50,005 bases of DNA, filler included, from Streblomastix strix (GCA_008636045.1; 2 parts of 2 records of this genome joined end to end with filler, not necessarily neighbours in it), one strand, 5' to 3'; shown: positions 15,201 through 28,434, counted from the whole stretch's first letter. Translations and numbers: made by a program. The notes: generated from the letters alone by a model not told the origin.

Positions 15201-18200
15201 TTTGAAGGAAAATTAAAATGATATTTCATACTTTTTAGCATTAAATTTTCTTACTGTAAATAAAGGTATTAATTTAAATTTTATTTGTACTAAAATTTTT
15301 TTAATATAATTCAATTTCAAGTTATTATTATTACATTTTATTATTTATTTTATTTTCTTATCTTACAGACAACCACAATCATATTATATAATGTGAATTC
15401 ATTAGTATTTATCATGATATTTTTCGGTATTAATTTTATTTAATTTGAAAAATAATTTAGCAAATTCTATTTAATGTTTTAATTTATTGAAATTTATATT
15501 TATTCAGAAATCATGTAAAATTGATTCAAACCATTAACCCTGAAATGTTCTCCAATTTACTTTCAACTATTTAAAATATCTATTTATATGGTGATTTAAT
15601 CACATAAAGTTTTATTAAAAAAAAAATTGTAATCAATTAAATTGTCAATCTTTAAATTAATAAATAATTCTAAAATTAAATCATAATTCTCTAAGCATGT
15701 TTTGATGATCCACAAACATTTGAAATATTGAAGAAAATTGAAAGATTAGGAAGATTGATGGATAAAAATTTAATCTAATAATTAATTAAATTAGGGTTGA
15801 TTTTATTTTTGAATGATTAAATGAAACAAGCTATAACTTAAAATGCCCAATAAAGATTTGGAATAATATTTTTAATTGGAAATATATTTACTTCTTTAAT
15901 CAATGGAAATTCTGAAGCAAAATAAGTTTTTATATAAGACTCAGAATTTTTTGAATTAAACCTTCAAATTCTGAACTCGTTAAGGCTTTAATAAGTGATT
16001 TAAATCTACATTGAATTACTTCATACATTTTCATTATTTCTCACTGCTGAATAAAATATAAAATTATTTGATAAAGGAATTATTCAAGCTATGATAAAAT
16101 TAATCAGACAAGAAAATAATTTATAAAGAATGAAAATTACCACAATTATATTAAATATAGTATAATCATAAATTGATAAATTAAAATTTGGAGAGTAGCA
16201 TCCATTTCTACATTAATTATTAACAGATGGAACTATTACATAACTCAGATATTTATCTAAAGATAAAAATTTATAAAGCATTCTTAATAATATTACAATG
16301 ATATTTGCTTGTCTATTTAAATCCCATAAAATTCCACCAATTTTCTGTAATGATATAATTGATGAACTAAAATAGAATAATATGGATAAAATATTATTAT
16401 TAGCAGAATGTCCTGGTATTATCGTTATTACTTTTTATTTATTTATTTATTATTTGTATTATATTATGTAGAAAACCGATCAATGATTGAAAAACGTGGC
16501 ATATCATTAAAATCTTTAATGAATAATTACCAATAAATAAACTCATTAAAAATTTTAGTATTAAATAATAAAGAAACAGGATTTTCAACAAAAAAATTTG
16601 ACATTTCATCAAACACTCAAGCATCTTAATCAAATAATAATAATAATTTTCTCAAATAATAAAATTTTGAATCATAGATCATTAGTTAAAAAGATTCAGA
16701 TGAAGAAGTAAATTAAATTTAAAATTCTATAATCTTAGATTAGTCAGAGATATTGGATCAAACAGAAGAAGTCAGGTTTGCAATTTAATACTTAAACTTT
16801 TTTAGTTATTTATATTTTATTGTATATAATAGTGTTACTCCTTTTGAAGAGGATGTGAAATATGAAGATTGTATGCGAATTAATATTGAAATTATACTTC
16901 AATACATTTTATATTTATATTATTTAGTTGAAATTGATCACAAATTCTTTGGTGGAGCAATGGGAAAAACGTTTCTCGTAAAATATAAACCATCAGGAGA
17001 ATTATATGTTATGAAACGAGGTTTGAAATGGTTTATTTTACAAAAATTTTAAAACATGCAAATTATTATTAAAAGTCGATTATTTGGATGAGAATGATAT
17101 AAAGATGGCTGATGATGAAATCGCATAAATGAAGCGCCTTTCTTCACAATATACAGTTTATATTTTCTAAATTAATACTTTATTTGACATTTTTTTGTTT
17201 TAAAAATTTTTATATTTTATCATTTTTGCCATTATAAATATTTTATTCTATTTATTTTTTTAGGTTCGACTTGTTTGGACCTTCATTGAAAGAACTGATA
17301 TGTATATAGTCACTGAATACTGTTCTCATGGAGACTCGCGAAAACTCATCAACGAACTTCAATAACTTAGTTAAGAAGAACGCATTAATGCATGCTTATA
17401 TAAATTTAAAATAATTTTTAAATAAATATTAATTTTTTAATTATATTTAATAATAGCGAGTTTGGGAATTGTTTGCGTAAATTATTCTTGCAGTTAATTT
17501 CATGCATTCTGTGGGCGTAATCCACAGGTTAATCAATTATTATTATTATTATTATTATTATATTCTACTATTTTTTATATTAATTTAAATTTTTTTTTAA
17601 TTTTAAACAATTTTATTTTTAGAGATATTAAACCTGAAAATATCTTTATCATGGAAGATGGAAGTGCTCGACTTGGTTTGATATATTAAATGTTTTATTT
17701 ATAAAATTTTATTATTCAAATTTATAAATATAAAATATTTTATTTATTTATAAATATTTAAAGGAGATTTTGGACTTTCAAAATTTTTTTATGAAAAATA
17801 ATATTATACTAAAGCAGAAGGAACTAATTTTATTTTTTTTAATTGATAAATTTTTATATTATATTTTATTAATGATTATTTATATTACTTTAAATTAATA
17901 TAAAAACAGATTTTACATGGCACCCGAAGTTTTTAATGATAATAAGTATAAAATAATAATTGGTTACAATTATTTAAATTTATTTTTCTTCAATAATTTT
18001 AGGATGAGTTTTGATTCAGATATCTATGCACTTGGAATTGTGATCTGTGAATTTCTGACTGGTTAACATCCGTTCTATGCAGGAAATGAATAAGAGACCA
18101 TTGAAAATATAATCAAAGGGAAAAAATCTGAACTTCCTAATTGGGTTCCAGTGGAAATGAAAAAACTTATTTCAAACATGTTGAATATTGTGTGAAATCT

Positions 18201-21200
18201 AATTTATAATTATGGTTAATTTTGCAATTATTTCATTATATAAATTTTTAGGATTGTCTTAAACGTCCAACAACAGAGTAATTAATGAATATTGAAATTA
18301 TTAAGAATAATATTTAATTAATTTAGTAAATATTGAAATAATAATAAGAAAAAATTAATGAAGAACATCAAGATACTGTATTATCTATTCCTTAACCTAT
18401 AACTCTAAATCAACTCAAAGATATTTAAGGTAAATTAACCAAACATATATAAAATTAAAAATATGAATATAATTTCATTATCGTAAATATTTGTTAAGTT
18501 GCTTTAGCTGCTGTTAGATCAGCATAAACGTTATAAACAAATCATTTAAATGATGAGAAAAATATTACAGATTAAATTATTGGAAATGTTGCTGAATTAT
18601 TATATAAAATAAAATTACATGAAAAATAGGACATTGAAATGGCACTGTATTCAGGATTTATTATTGAACTTGTTGATCTTATCAAACGAACTTCTATTTA
18701 ATAAATCAGCTTTCAATATTTCAAATTATTACAATAAATATGCTAAAATGGATCAGCAAAATAAACTCATAAAATATACAAGATGGGAATAATATAAATT
18801 CTAGTATAAAATCTTAAGAAACAGAGCAAAGAATTTTAATTAATATTTCTAGAAATTATCAAAATAATAATATAAAATGGATGGAAACAAGTTTAAAAAT
18901 CATTATTATTATCCTAATAAAATCTATCTTTTTATTAATCAATTTAATAATAATCATCTTATTAACCACAATTATAATAACTTCTCCTTCTTCCACATTC
19001 ATATCTTCACACTCTTGAAAAATAAGGAATAATAAGAAATTTAATTGAGATTGCTTTAAACGATAAGATTATTGATTATCATATAATTGCAGATGCATTT
19101 CATATTCTTGATATTCTTTATTTTGAAGGAGCAAAACTTCCTCCAGAACACTAAAAATAAATAATTTCAAATCTTTGCGAATAAGTTAATTATAATAATT
19201 AGCTTCTCAATATTGAAATAACATTAGAATCCATTAGTTATTTAGCAATTAATTAAGGTTTTACTTGTTCTATTAAATATTTTTATTTATTTAAATTAAA
19301 TTTTATAAAAATGTTTATTATTTAATAGAAAACCATGATGAACTTATAGCTGGAAATATAATTGAATCAATTTTGGCCATTTTTAAGTATGCTTTTTTTT
19401 TCAATGTTTATCAAATAACTTTTTTCATTAATAACCATTTTTTTCAGAAAATAAGCTTAAGGATAAAAAATCAATTCTTAAATAATTTATTATTGCTTAA
19501 AGATTTTACAATTAATCTATATTTATGGTTCGTCAACTATATAAAAACTCATCAATGTTGAAATAGTAAAAGAAAATCTTGAGAAATTAAAGAATGATAC
19601 ATTTTATGAAGATTAATAAATTTTCTTCCAATCAACATTTTTTGATCCATACACAATGAATATACTAATGAAAATTTATAGATCGATTTAATTTTTGGAT
19701 GAAAAATAAAAATTTGAAGTAATTAGATCAGGATTAATTGATGAATTGATTGATAAAATTAGAAAAATAGAAAAATATGAAACAAAAGACGAAATTGAAG
19801 GAAAATTGATTTAAATTTTTGATATAATTTAAATTTTGATCGAAAATAATCCATAAGCATGTTAACGTATTGTTGAATAAACATAATTTCTTGATTGTAT
19901 TATCCATTTTCTCAATCATATACCACACAATAAATTCAAATCATAATATCTTGAACCTCTTAATACACTATCTACATTTCTTCCAATTGAATAAAAGAAG
20001 AAATTATTTTAAAAAGGTGTTATTTAATCTATGATTAAGATTCTTGATTTTGAAGATGAAAATTTCAGAAAGAAAGCATGCTAAACAATTTTAAATATAA
20101 TTAAAGCAGGTCTTTATGGATTGAAAGCTGGATAGAAAAGTCCATATTATCAAAATTTATAATCAGATGGAACAATTAAAAAACTTCTCAAAATAGTCAA
20201 TGATGATAATAAAGAAGATATTCATAAAGAAATTATTTTAATTCTTGCAGGACTTTTTAGGGCACATCCAAATCCACCAGAAATCAATAAGTAATTCTTA
20301 ATATTTCCTAAATCAGATTGTTATATTGATTTTAAAGGACTTACCCACCTTGCTGAATTAAATTGTATAGATATAATAATTAATTTATAAATTCCATTTT
20401 TTTATTTTTTTATTACCTACATTTTTTTATTTATTTTATATTATTTATTATATTATTTATTATATTATTACAAGTTAATTTTGATGTTATACTTAATAAT
20501 GACTTTGAATAAAACTTATTCTTAAACAATGATCATGAATTGGAAATTATCTAATCTCTTAAACTCATAAACAATCTTCTAGATATTTCACCTTATTAAA
20601 ATAGGAAGAAAATTGCAATTGCATTAAAAAATAAAGTAAATATCTTAATAAAAACTGAATATGATCATTTGTCAGTTGACTAAACAAATAATATAAAATT
20701 AAATATAAAAAAGCTATTAAGTAAATTTATACTAATTTTAAATGGAAAAGAATTTGAAATAATCAAATAACAAATATAAATTATATATATTGAAGATTAA
20801 AATATTAAATAAAAAGCAGTTAAATTAATGTCAAATTTAGTTAAAAATGAACTTAATAGATTGAATAAAGGAGAATAGCATTCATATTATTAATAATTAA
20901 ATGATGAAGGATATATTAATAAACTCATTCAATAGTTCAAAAATGAAAATAATGAAATTCTCCAGAGAGAAATTGCAAAAATTATTGCTTGCTTATATAA
21001 AGCTCAACCTCTTCCAACTGAAATTAAAAAGTATGTAATTAAAATCCTTAAAACTAAAACAAATATGATTTATAATCCGAATTTTGATACACTTGTGATT
21101 TTGTCTGAATGTTCTGGTATATTATATTTATTTTTCAATTAATATTAAATTTGTAATTTTTTATTTTATTTTTATTATAATTATTTATAGATAATCATAA

Positions 21201-21519
21201 TGAAATTCTTGCTGGCAACTTCTTAAATTAATTATTTAAGGTTGACTAAGAAATACTATCATCATTACATTTAATAGATAATATTCTTCAATTTGGATCA
21301 AATTTTAATTAAAATAAAGTTATTATAATTATAGAATAAAATATAGAAATGCTGACTGATGCTGAATATTTGAATGATAAAGCAAAAACTAGTGATTGGA
21401 GTATAGAATATAAAGAAGAAATAAAAATAATTGCTTATAAAATTTTAATAATTATAAAATAAAATTTATTTGAAAAAGAATAAAAGAAAGAATAAAAGAA
21501 TAAATGTTAAATTCAATGA
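12295..21519 (+). CDS. SH3 domain + two NEK-like Ser/Thr kinase domains, each followed by ARM-like modules
   Basis: ATG 12295: MSSQAELYEVIEDYYGWFLIVIKGDIVKVIRKELNWFIIEKDGKVGKVPAQNL (SH3-like). Kinase 1 has GGAMGKTFLV, YVMKR, HRDIKPEN, GDFG, YMGPE and SDIYALG. The frame stays open through the ARM region and exon 16472 into kinase 2 (HRDIKPEN, GDFG, YMAPE, SDIYALG), then more ARM modules. TGA at 21517-21519. One intron in kinase 2 (17828-17909) lacks a GT donor. Confidence 0.8.
12650..13672 (+). repeat. Direct repeat copy 1 (1023 bp, kinase N-terminal part including introns)
   Basis: Matches 16658-17680 at offset 4008. No differences noticed by eye, including in the introns. The ORF track shows identical peptides at 12847 and 16855. 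Confidence 0.95.
13382..13448 (+). other. GC-AG intron in kinase 1 (copied at 17390-17456)
   Basis: The join EERIN|RVWELFAQII requires removing gcatgctta...aataatag; there is no GT at the junction. Confidence 0.7.
16658..17680 (+). repeat. Direct repeat copy 2 (1023 bp)
   Basis: Begins aataaaattttgaatcatagatc and ends gctcgacttggtttg, the same as 12650-13672. The flanks diverge abruptly. Confidence 0.95.
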
Positions 21520-21531
21520 ATTTTATTTAAA

Positions 21532-21898
21532 TATTTCACTCATTTATTCTATTTGAGATTATCTTATTCATCTTCATCTTATCAATTTGATATTAAATTA
21601 TTCCATTATTTTATTATATTTGAGATAATCTTATTCATATTCATCTTATCAATTTTATATTCAATTATTTCACTATTTTATTCTATTTGTGATTATCTTA
21701 TTCATATTCATCTTATCAATTTTATATTCAATTATTTCACTCTTTTATTCTATTTGAGATTATTTTATTCATATTCATCTTATCAAATTGATATTAAATT
21801 ATTCCATTATTTTATTGTATTTGAGATTATCTTATTCATATTATTCTTATCAATTTAATATTCAATTATTTCACTATTTTATTATATTTGAGATTATC
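21532..21898. repeat. Minisatellite, 67-bp unit, about 5.5 copies
   Basis: The anchor tttg(a/t)gat recurs at 21552, 21619, 21686, 21753, 21820 and 21887 (spacing 67). Consensus is approximately tatttgagattatcttattcatattcatcttatcaattttatattcaattatttcactattttattc. Confidence 0.9.
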
Positions 21899-22299
21899 AT
21901 TTTGTTATTAAATCATTCAATTGAAAACATTTAAAATAATTCAAATTTTTCTAATTTTTAACATTTTGAGAGAAGTTTATTAACATCTTTTTGATCTTTT
22001 ACCTTTATTAAATTAACTATTTTTATTTTTATCAATACTGTTTAATCCGCGAAAGTAATTGCATATTTTATCCTTCAGAATGGTTTAATATTTTTCATAT
22101 ATATATTATTTAAATATTATTATAAATTTGTGAGCGTTTATCATTCATTCGTCTATGTGCACTTTTTGATATTTCTAAGATCAAATATCATTTGATAATT
22201 ATATCGTATTTTTTTTATTAAAATTTATAAAATAATAATAAAAAAAGAAAGAAAGAAATCAGATTTTGTAATTTTTAACCTCTTTAAACATCTTACTAA

Positions 22300-24960
22300 C
22301 TAAATTCAGCAACAACCGATAGTGGATCTTAACGCAGTGCAAGTGATCGTGTCATTTAACGCTATCGACGGAAGCCAAAACGAAGGAGAAAAGATTAATC
22401 AGCAGAATCTGAACGTTATATCGAATCATCTCCTCAATAAAGGCATTCAAAACATAGATAAAGCAAGCATAAAAAAAGAAATAAGAAAATTAAACATAAT
22501 GCTGCACGAAAACGTTAACATATCCTTTCTGAATATTCTTCGAGCGATTCAAGCACAGTCTCCAGTAGTTAAGCTTCAACAGATGATGACATTGTGCATA
22601 ATGAGCTGAGAAAGATTATTGGCGATTCAATATCCCAGTATAAACCTTTAGATTTTAAGTTTTCAGCTACCAGAATTGAAAATGACATTCGAGCTGTCGC
22701 ACCCGACAAGATTGACTTTCTTACAGAAGATCCACCTCCAAAATGGGAAGGGCATGATGATGAGGATGCTGCAGAATCTGTAATACTAAGTGCAGCAACT
22801 ACAAGATCCGTTCTCCTGATGGCAAATGTGGCTGCAGAATCTCCAGAAACATGGTAAAAGCTGAAAAAACCGATAATGAGGACGTTCAGACTGTCCTAGC
22901 AAACCACAACCCATGCATAAGCAGCTCGTGAATCACTTGTCTAAACGAAAAAGGTAAATATCTAAAAGCAGCAACTCCACCTCCAGGAGTTATTCGTGAC
23001 TCAGTCCTTATAAACTTAAAAAAGAGAAGCGTATATACGTAAAGCTTTTTTGCGTGGAACGGGGGCGAAGCTGGACTCCCAAATCGCGAGATTGGAGACG
23101 CAGAGTCAATAAGAACTTCGCGTAGAAACCTGGAACAGCTAAATGGAAGAGAAATCAGAAGAAATAGGAGGGAGACTAATGAGATTCCGGGAAGTATGGA
23201 CAGCAATTGGAGCAGAAAGACAGGTGATGATGGGAATAATGCCTCTCTGGACGAACGAAAACAGCAAATAAATCCTCAAAAACATATCACATCTCACACA
23301 ACCTCAAGGATACCTGCTTCAATTTCATCTTCTTCTTTAAGAAGAAATCCGTTAGAAAATAGTTATTTATGTTAATCCCCTTTACGTTAAACTCTTCTCC
23401 CCAACCTTTTGTATACCTAAAAGAGATGGAAGTTACCGAAAGATTCTCGATGCAAGAGTAATCAATGAATTAATAAAGAAAATTCATTTCAAGATGATAT
23501 CTCCTTTCGATGTCCAACAAGCTCTTCTCAAAGATTCATATCTAACCTCAAGCGATATTAAATCAGCTTTCAATCATATCACCGTACACCCTTCACTCCA
23601 ACCATATCTGGGATTTTAAGTAGAAGATCGTTCATTTGTCTACATCGGCATGCCATTTGGGCTCAGGCTTGCCCCAATTGTCTTCACAAAAACCCTTTAG
23701 ATGGCGCTGGCAGCTATCAAAAAGGGTCTATCTTCTACAATCCTTCAATATTCAGACGATATCTTAATAATAAATCAAAATCCATTAGAATCCAGTAAAG
23801 AAACTTAACTGGTAAAGAATCAACTATAAAAGTTCAGTTGGATAATTAACAATAAGAAATCAGAGATGGAACCAAAGAAAGAAATACGTTATCTAGGATG
23901 GATTTGGAATACGGAAGAAATGATAGTCAAGATGCCCCAAGATAGATAGATTAAGCTACTGTACCAACTGAATCTCCTCATTCATTAGATACAATAACGA
24001 CTTGAAGTTCAGACTTGATGATTGGCAAAATTGATTGTAAAGTTACAATTCCTCAAATTCCAATTTCAACTGGTATCATTTCATCTAATCAAGTTGAATT
24101 GCCTAAAGGAAAAAGCAATTCACAAACGAGGATGGGATTCGACTCTTCGACTCAAGCATACAATCTTGTCAGAGCTTTATTGGTGGTACTCGATAATAAT
24201 ACAAAACAATCCACTATAACTACAAATAAAGATATAATAGACAGCAATTCTGACAACAGATGCTAGTAGAACTGGATGGGGAGCTGTACTTAAGCTGGAG
24301 TAATCGGAATTGCTACAGGCCTCAACATGGAAGAAACCAATGAATCTCAGATCCAGCAACTAGAGAGAAGCGAGTGCAATTCTATAAGCGTTGAGAAAGT
24401 TCAAACTATAACTTGCGGGCATAGATCAATTGACAGTATAGACGGATAACCAAGTTGCTGTAATGAACCTATAACGTAAAGCATCTGCAGCTCCATTAGC
24501 AACAACAATGAGGTTGATCTTCCAAGAAGCGGTGCAAATGGGATTTAGCTTGCATGCTGTTCATATTAAGGGAGTGGACAATAGGTAAGCTGACGCATTG
24601 AGTTGACTCGAACTAGCTGGTGACTATCAAATAAGAACAAAATACCTGACTACTGCCCTCCTACAACTAGGTCTCACTCAGCAGGAGGACATGTTTGCAA
24701 CTAAGTGTAATGCGAAATGCACAATTTATTACTCTCCAACATAGGAAGAAGCAGCAGCAGGTACAGGAGGACTTCAAGCTGTTTGGTCTAACAAGACAGT
24801 ACATATTAACCCATCACTAACCTTAATGGGCAAAGTAGTATAGAAACTTCGAACAGTAAGCAATTGCACAGCAGTGGTGATAGCGATGGACTGGCTGAAA
24901 TCAATGGTGGTCACAACAACTGTAGATCATGGCATCAGACTAGATTATTCTGGGTAATTC
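22300..24960 (+). mobile_element. DIRS-like (tyrosine-recombinase class) retrotransposon, decayed, cut off by contig end
   Basis: Frameshifted gag-like ORF at about 22300-23200. The pol frame has IGGRLMRFREVW (23164), FCIPKRDGSYRKILD, DIKSAFNHI, MPFGLRLAP, YSDD (23749-23760) and YLGWIW. RNase H motifs are TDASRTGWGA, SSNQREA, TDNQVA and HIKGVDNRQADALS*. A DIRS MTase-like domain follows (DMFATKCNAKC...VWSNKTVHINPSL). In-frame TGA at 24016, 24019 and 24604. Confidence 0.9.
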
Positions 24961-25060
24961 NNNNNNNNNNNNNNNNNNNNNNNNNNNNNNNNNNNNNNNN
25001 NNNNTTAATTAATTAANNNNNNNNNNNNNNNNNNNNNNNNNNNNNNNNNNNNNNNNNNNN
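24961..25060. other. Artificial contig-joining linker (N44-TTAATTAATTAA-N44)
   Basis: Exactly 100 bp and symmetric, with the palindromic all-frame stop spacer at 25005-25016. The two sides are unrelated (DIRS MTase versus a mid-kinase exon). Confidence 0.9.
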
Positions 25061-27843
25061 CAGATACTATTTTCCTCCAGAAGCATTTACACAGAATAAG
25101 TATGAAATATACTTAATTTTAATATTTCTGCAATTAAATTAAATATTCATTTTACTTAATTTCATAATTCCATTACCATTTGTATATATAAACATTCAGA
25201 ATGACTCAATTAAGTGACATCTGGGCAATGGGTGTAATCATCATTGAGATGTTTACTGGTATATTGAAATTATATTATTTATTATATTTTTTAATTCTAT
25301 ATTACATTTTCATTATATTTTTTTATTATTACTTAATTTATTTATTCCTTATTCTCATTTCAGGCATTCACCCATTTATATGTTAAACAGAAGAAGAAAC
25401 AATCAATAAAATAAAGAAATGTGATATAAAACCATTTCCTGATTATATTGATGAATAATTAAAGAAAGTTCTTCTTAATATGGTAGATGTGGTTTGTATA
25501 TTAATTTAAAAATAATATAAAAGTAATCATTTGTGTGAATGTATTTGTTTTTGACTAATTAATTTAATATTTATGATTTTCTAATATTTTCATTTATAAT
25601 ACTTTAACTCAATATAAACATATAGGATGCAGACAAACGAAAGAATGCCAGTGAAATTCTTAAAATGGAATTTATGCAACTCTAAGTTTCAATTGAGAAT
25701 ATGAATGATGCATAAAGTTAGAACGAAAAGCAATAATTCATTTCTCAGTTCTAATAACTAGAAATCAAATTAAATGAAGCATAAGAAAGAGCAAAAATTG
25801 CAGAAGAAAGAGCAAAAAATGAAGAGAAAAGAAGAAAAGAAGTTGAAGCTAGATTATTATAAATGGGAGAAGGAAATAATGTTTCATCATCATCAGTAAA
25901 AAATGGATAAAATGATATTGAAAGTAAATCAGAAGATTTGACATTGGTAGTATAATTGAATTACCAGAAGATTGCAGAAGATCTTAACAAGCCTCTTTTT
26001 GGAGATGAAAGAATGAAAAGTTAAATTCTCCAACAATAAAAAGATCATTGTATAAAGATTGCCCAGAAATATGATAAACGTGAAGATAATGAAGGAAGAT
26101 TGAAATTAATAAATTCTGGAATTGCATTATCACTGATTAATATCTTTGAGACCCAAGATCTTAGGACAATTACACAACCAATATCAAAAGCGTATTTCGT
26201 AATCACGGCACCTGCAAATGAAGAAGTTCAACAAAAATTGTCGAAAATGAATCCTTTTGCAGGACTCGTTCGAATTCTGGGCCATTCAGATCATTAAATT
26301 GTTGAGAACAGCCTTGGGTCATTAACGAATATCATTCTCGGAGGAGCAAATTCAACACCTTCTGCATAATATCATCCATAATATGATGAAATAATCGCTT
26401 GTAATGGGATCTCAAAGATCTTTGAGATATTTCAGAGAAATGAGAGTAAATTCTAGAAATCAAGATCTGCAATCTGTATTGGGTACTTATTGAGATGTAG
26501 AGAGATTGATGAATTTATGAGGAAGGATNNNNNNNNNNNNNNNNNNNNNNNNNNNNNNNNNNNNNNNNNNNNNNNNNNNNNNNNNNNNNNNNNNNNNNNN
26601 NNNNNNNNNNNNNNNNNNNNNNNNNNNNTAATGGGATCTCAAAGATCTTTGAGATATTTCAGAGAAATGAGAGTAAATTCTAGAAATCAAGATCTGCAAT
26701 CTGTATTGGGTACTTATTGAGATGTAGAGAGATTGATGAATTTATGAGGAAGGATCTCATTTCATATTTCAAGTTCATTATCTGTGATCCTAATGATTGG
26801 ATTAGGAATACAGTAAGAATTGCACTCAGAGGACTTGCCAATAATACAGGTATGTTTTATATTTAAATGAAATATTATATATATTATTAAAAGTATTTTT
26901 AATGAATGTATTTTTTTATTTTTATTCATATTCTATTTAATGAATTTACTATCTTTATTTATCAATTATTCATATAATCTACATATATTCAAATATAGTT
27001 ATGAATCGCAGGGAGATCTTCAGCAATGATCTTTTGAAGAGCATCACAAGTAATATTCGGTAACCAATTGAAGGCAGCGATGAAAGAAAGAATGAAATCA
27101 AGTTATAATGTGAAGGAAGTTGTATGATACTTTATGCATTATTCTATGATGGATAAGACAACGAAGGAAGATGACAATCAATCAATGCAGGAGTAGTTGA
27201 TGCTCTTCTTCGAATGTTTGAGACACGAGATCTGAAATTAATCACACATACAAATTCAGAAGCATTCCTCAAACTGACTTTGACCAACACAGATAATTTA
27301 ACTTTAATACTCAGAGCAAATCCATATCCTGGATTACTGAAACTTCTCAAACACAAGGACATTAAAGTTATTTCAGAATCAATCACGTCAATATTCAACA
27401 TCCTCAATATCAAAAGTAATTTATCTTCAATAACACAAACTCATCCACAATTCAATCAAATATCAGAATGTGGAGGAATTGAGATAATCTTCTCAGTTCT
27501 ATAACTCTAAGGCAAGGAAATGAAATAAAACAGAAATAAAGCAGCTTTATGTCTTGGATTTATATTCTAAGCTAAAGAGATATCAAATCCAAACATGAAG
27601 ATGATTATCACACACATCAAGTCTCTTATAAACGATAGTGATGTCTGGACAAAGAACACTGCAAAGAAGGTTTTGAATGGGCTTGCTCTGAACGCAGGTA
27701 TTTAATTTATATGAAAATTAAAATTCAATATATAGTTATTTTCAAAATTTATAATATTTTAATTTTTTTCCTTTCATTGATTTTACTGATCATTAGTGAA
27801 TAAAGTGGAGATTGAGAAGGGTGGATTTAAAATCCCCTAATGA
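25061..27843 (+). CDS. 5'-partial protein kinase (C-lobe) + coiled coil + two ARM-like modules; premature TGA in last module
   Basis: Exons read YYFPPEAF, SDIWAMGVIIIEMFTG/IHPF, DADKR, a coiled coil (EAQERAKIAEERAKNEEKRRKE) and ARM motifs (NPFAGLVRILGH, NPYPGLLKLLKH, HPQFNQISECGGIE). Ends KGGFKIPQ-TGA at 27841-27843. In-frame TGA at 27172-27174. Interrupted by a scaffold gap. Confidence 0.75.
26402..26755. other. Scaffold gap (100 N, 26529-26628) flanked by a 127-bp duplicated overlap
   Basis: 26402-26528 is repeated at 26629-26755. Collapsing the overlap restores a continuous reading frame. Confidence 0.9.
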
Positions 27844-28434
27844 TTTGTAATATTACTAGCAATATGAGTATTATTTGTCCAACATCAACATATAAAAAGG
27901 ACAATTTTCATATTTATCTTTTAAATAGTGAATTTTTAACTATTTAATTAATTTATCAGTCTTTCACTTATTTCACTTCAAATTATTAATATTAGTATAG
28001 AAATACAATTATTGTAGATAATCTATACAATTTTTATATAATTGTTTAATTAAAACTAATTACTATTTAATCAGTTAATTGTTCACGAAAATGATGTTTC
28101 AAATTTGCATATAATGCTATTTATTACTCTTAATTGTAAAATAGATCTATTTGTTGCCATAAATCCGAGTTTTCAAAAAATCTGTTTTTTTGTCAAATAT
28201 ATTTATAAAATTTATTTTATTATCATAAAATATTTAATAATATATTAAATTATATATTTATTCTTACAAATAAAATATTTAACCACTGAAATCATCCAAA
28301 ATAATCATCCTGAACTTACAATTTATAAATTCTTCATTAGGTGTTAATTCAAATTCAAAATGTATTTTTTAAATATATTACACATTCTACTTTCATTTTC
28401 ATTTATTATTTTTACTTAGAAAAATTACTTTTAT

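Noticed and set aside
21532..21898. Regularly spaced repeats as a possible CRISPR array; ORF 21553-21858
   Set aside because: The units are contiguous with no unique spacers, there are no cas genes and the context is eukaryotic. The ORF is a by-product of the repeat.
25005..25016. Palindrome TTAATTAATTAA
   Set aside because: It is centred in a symmetric N run, so it is a synthetic contig spacer and not biological.
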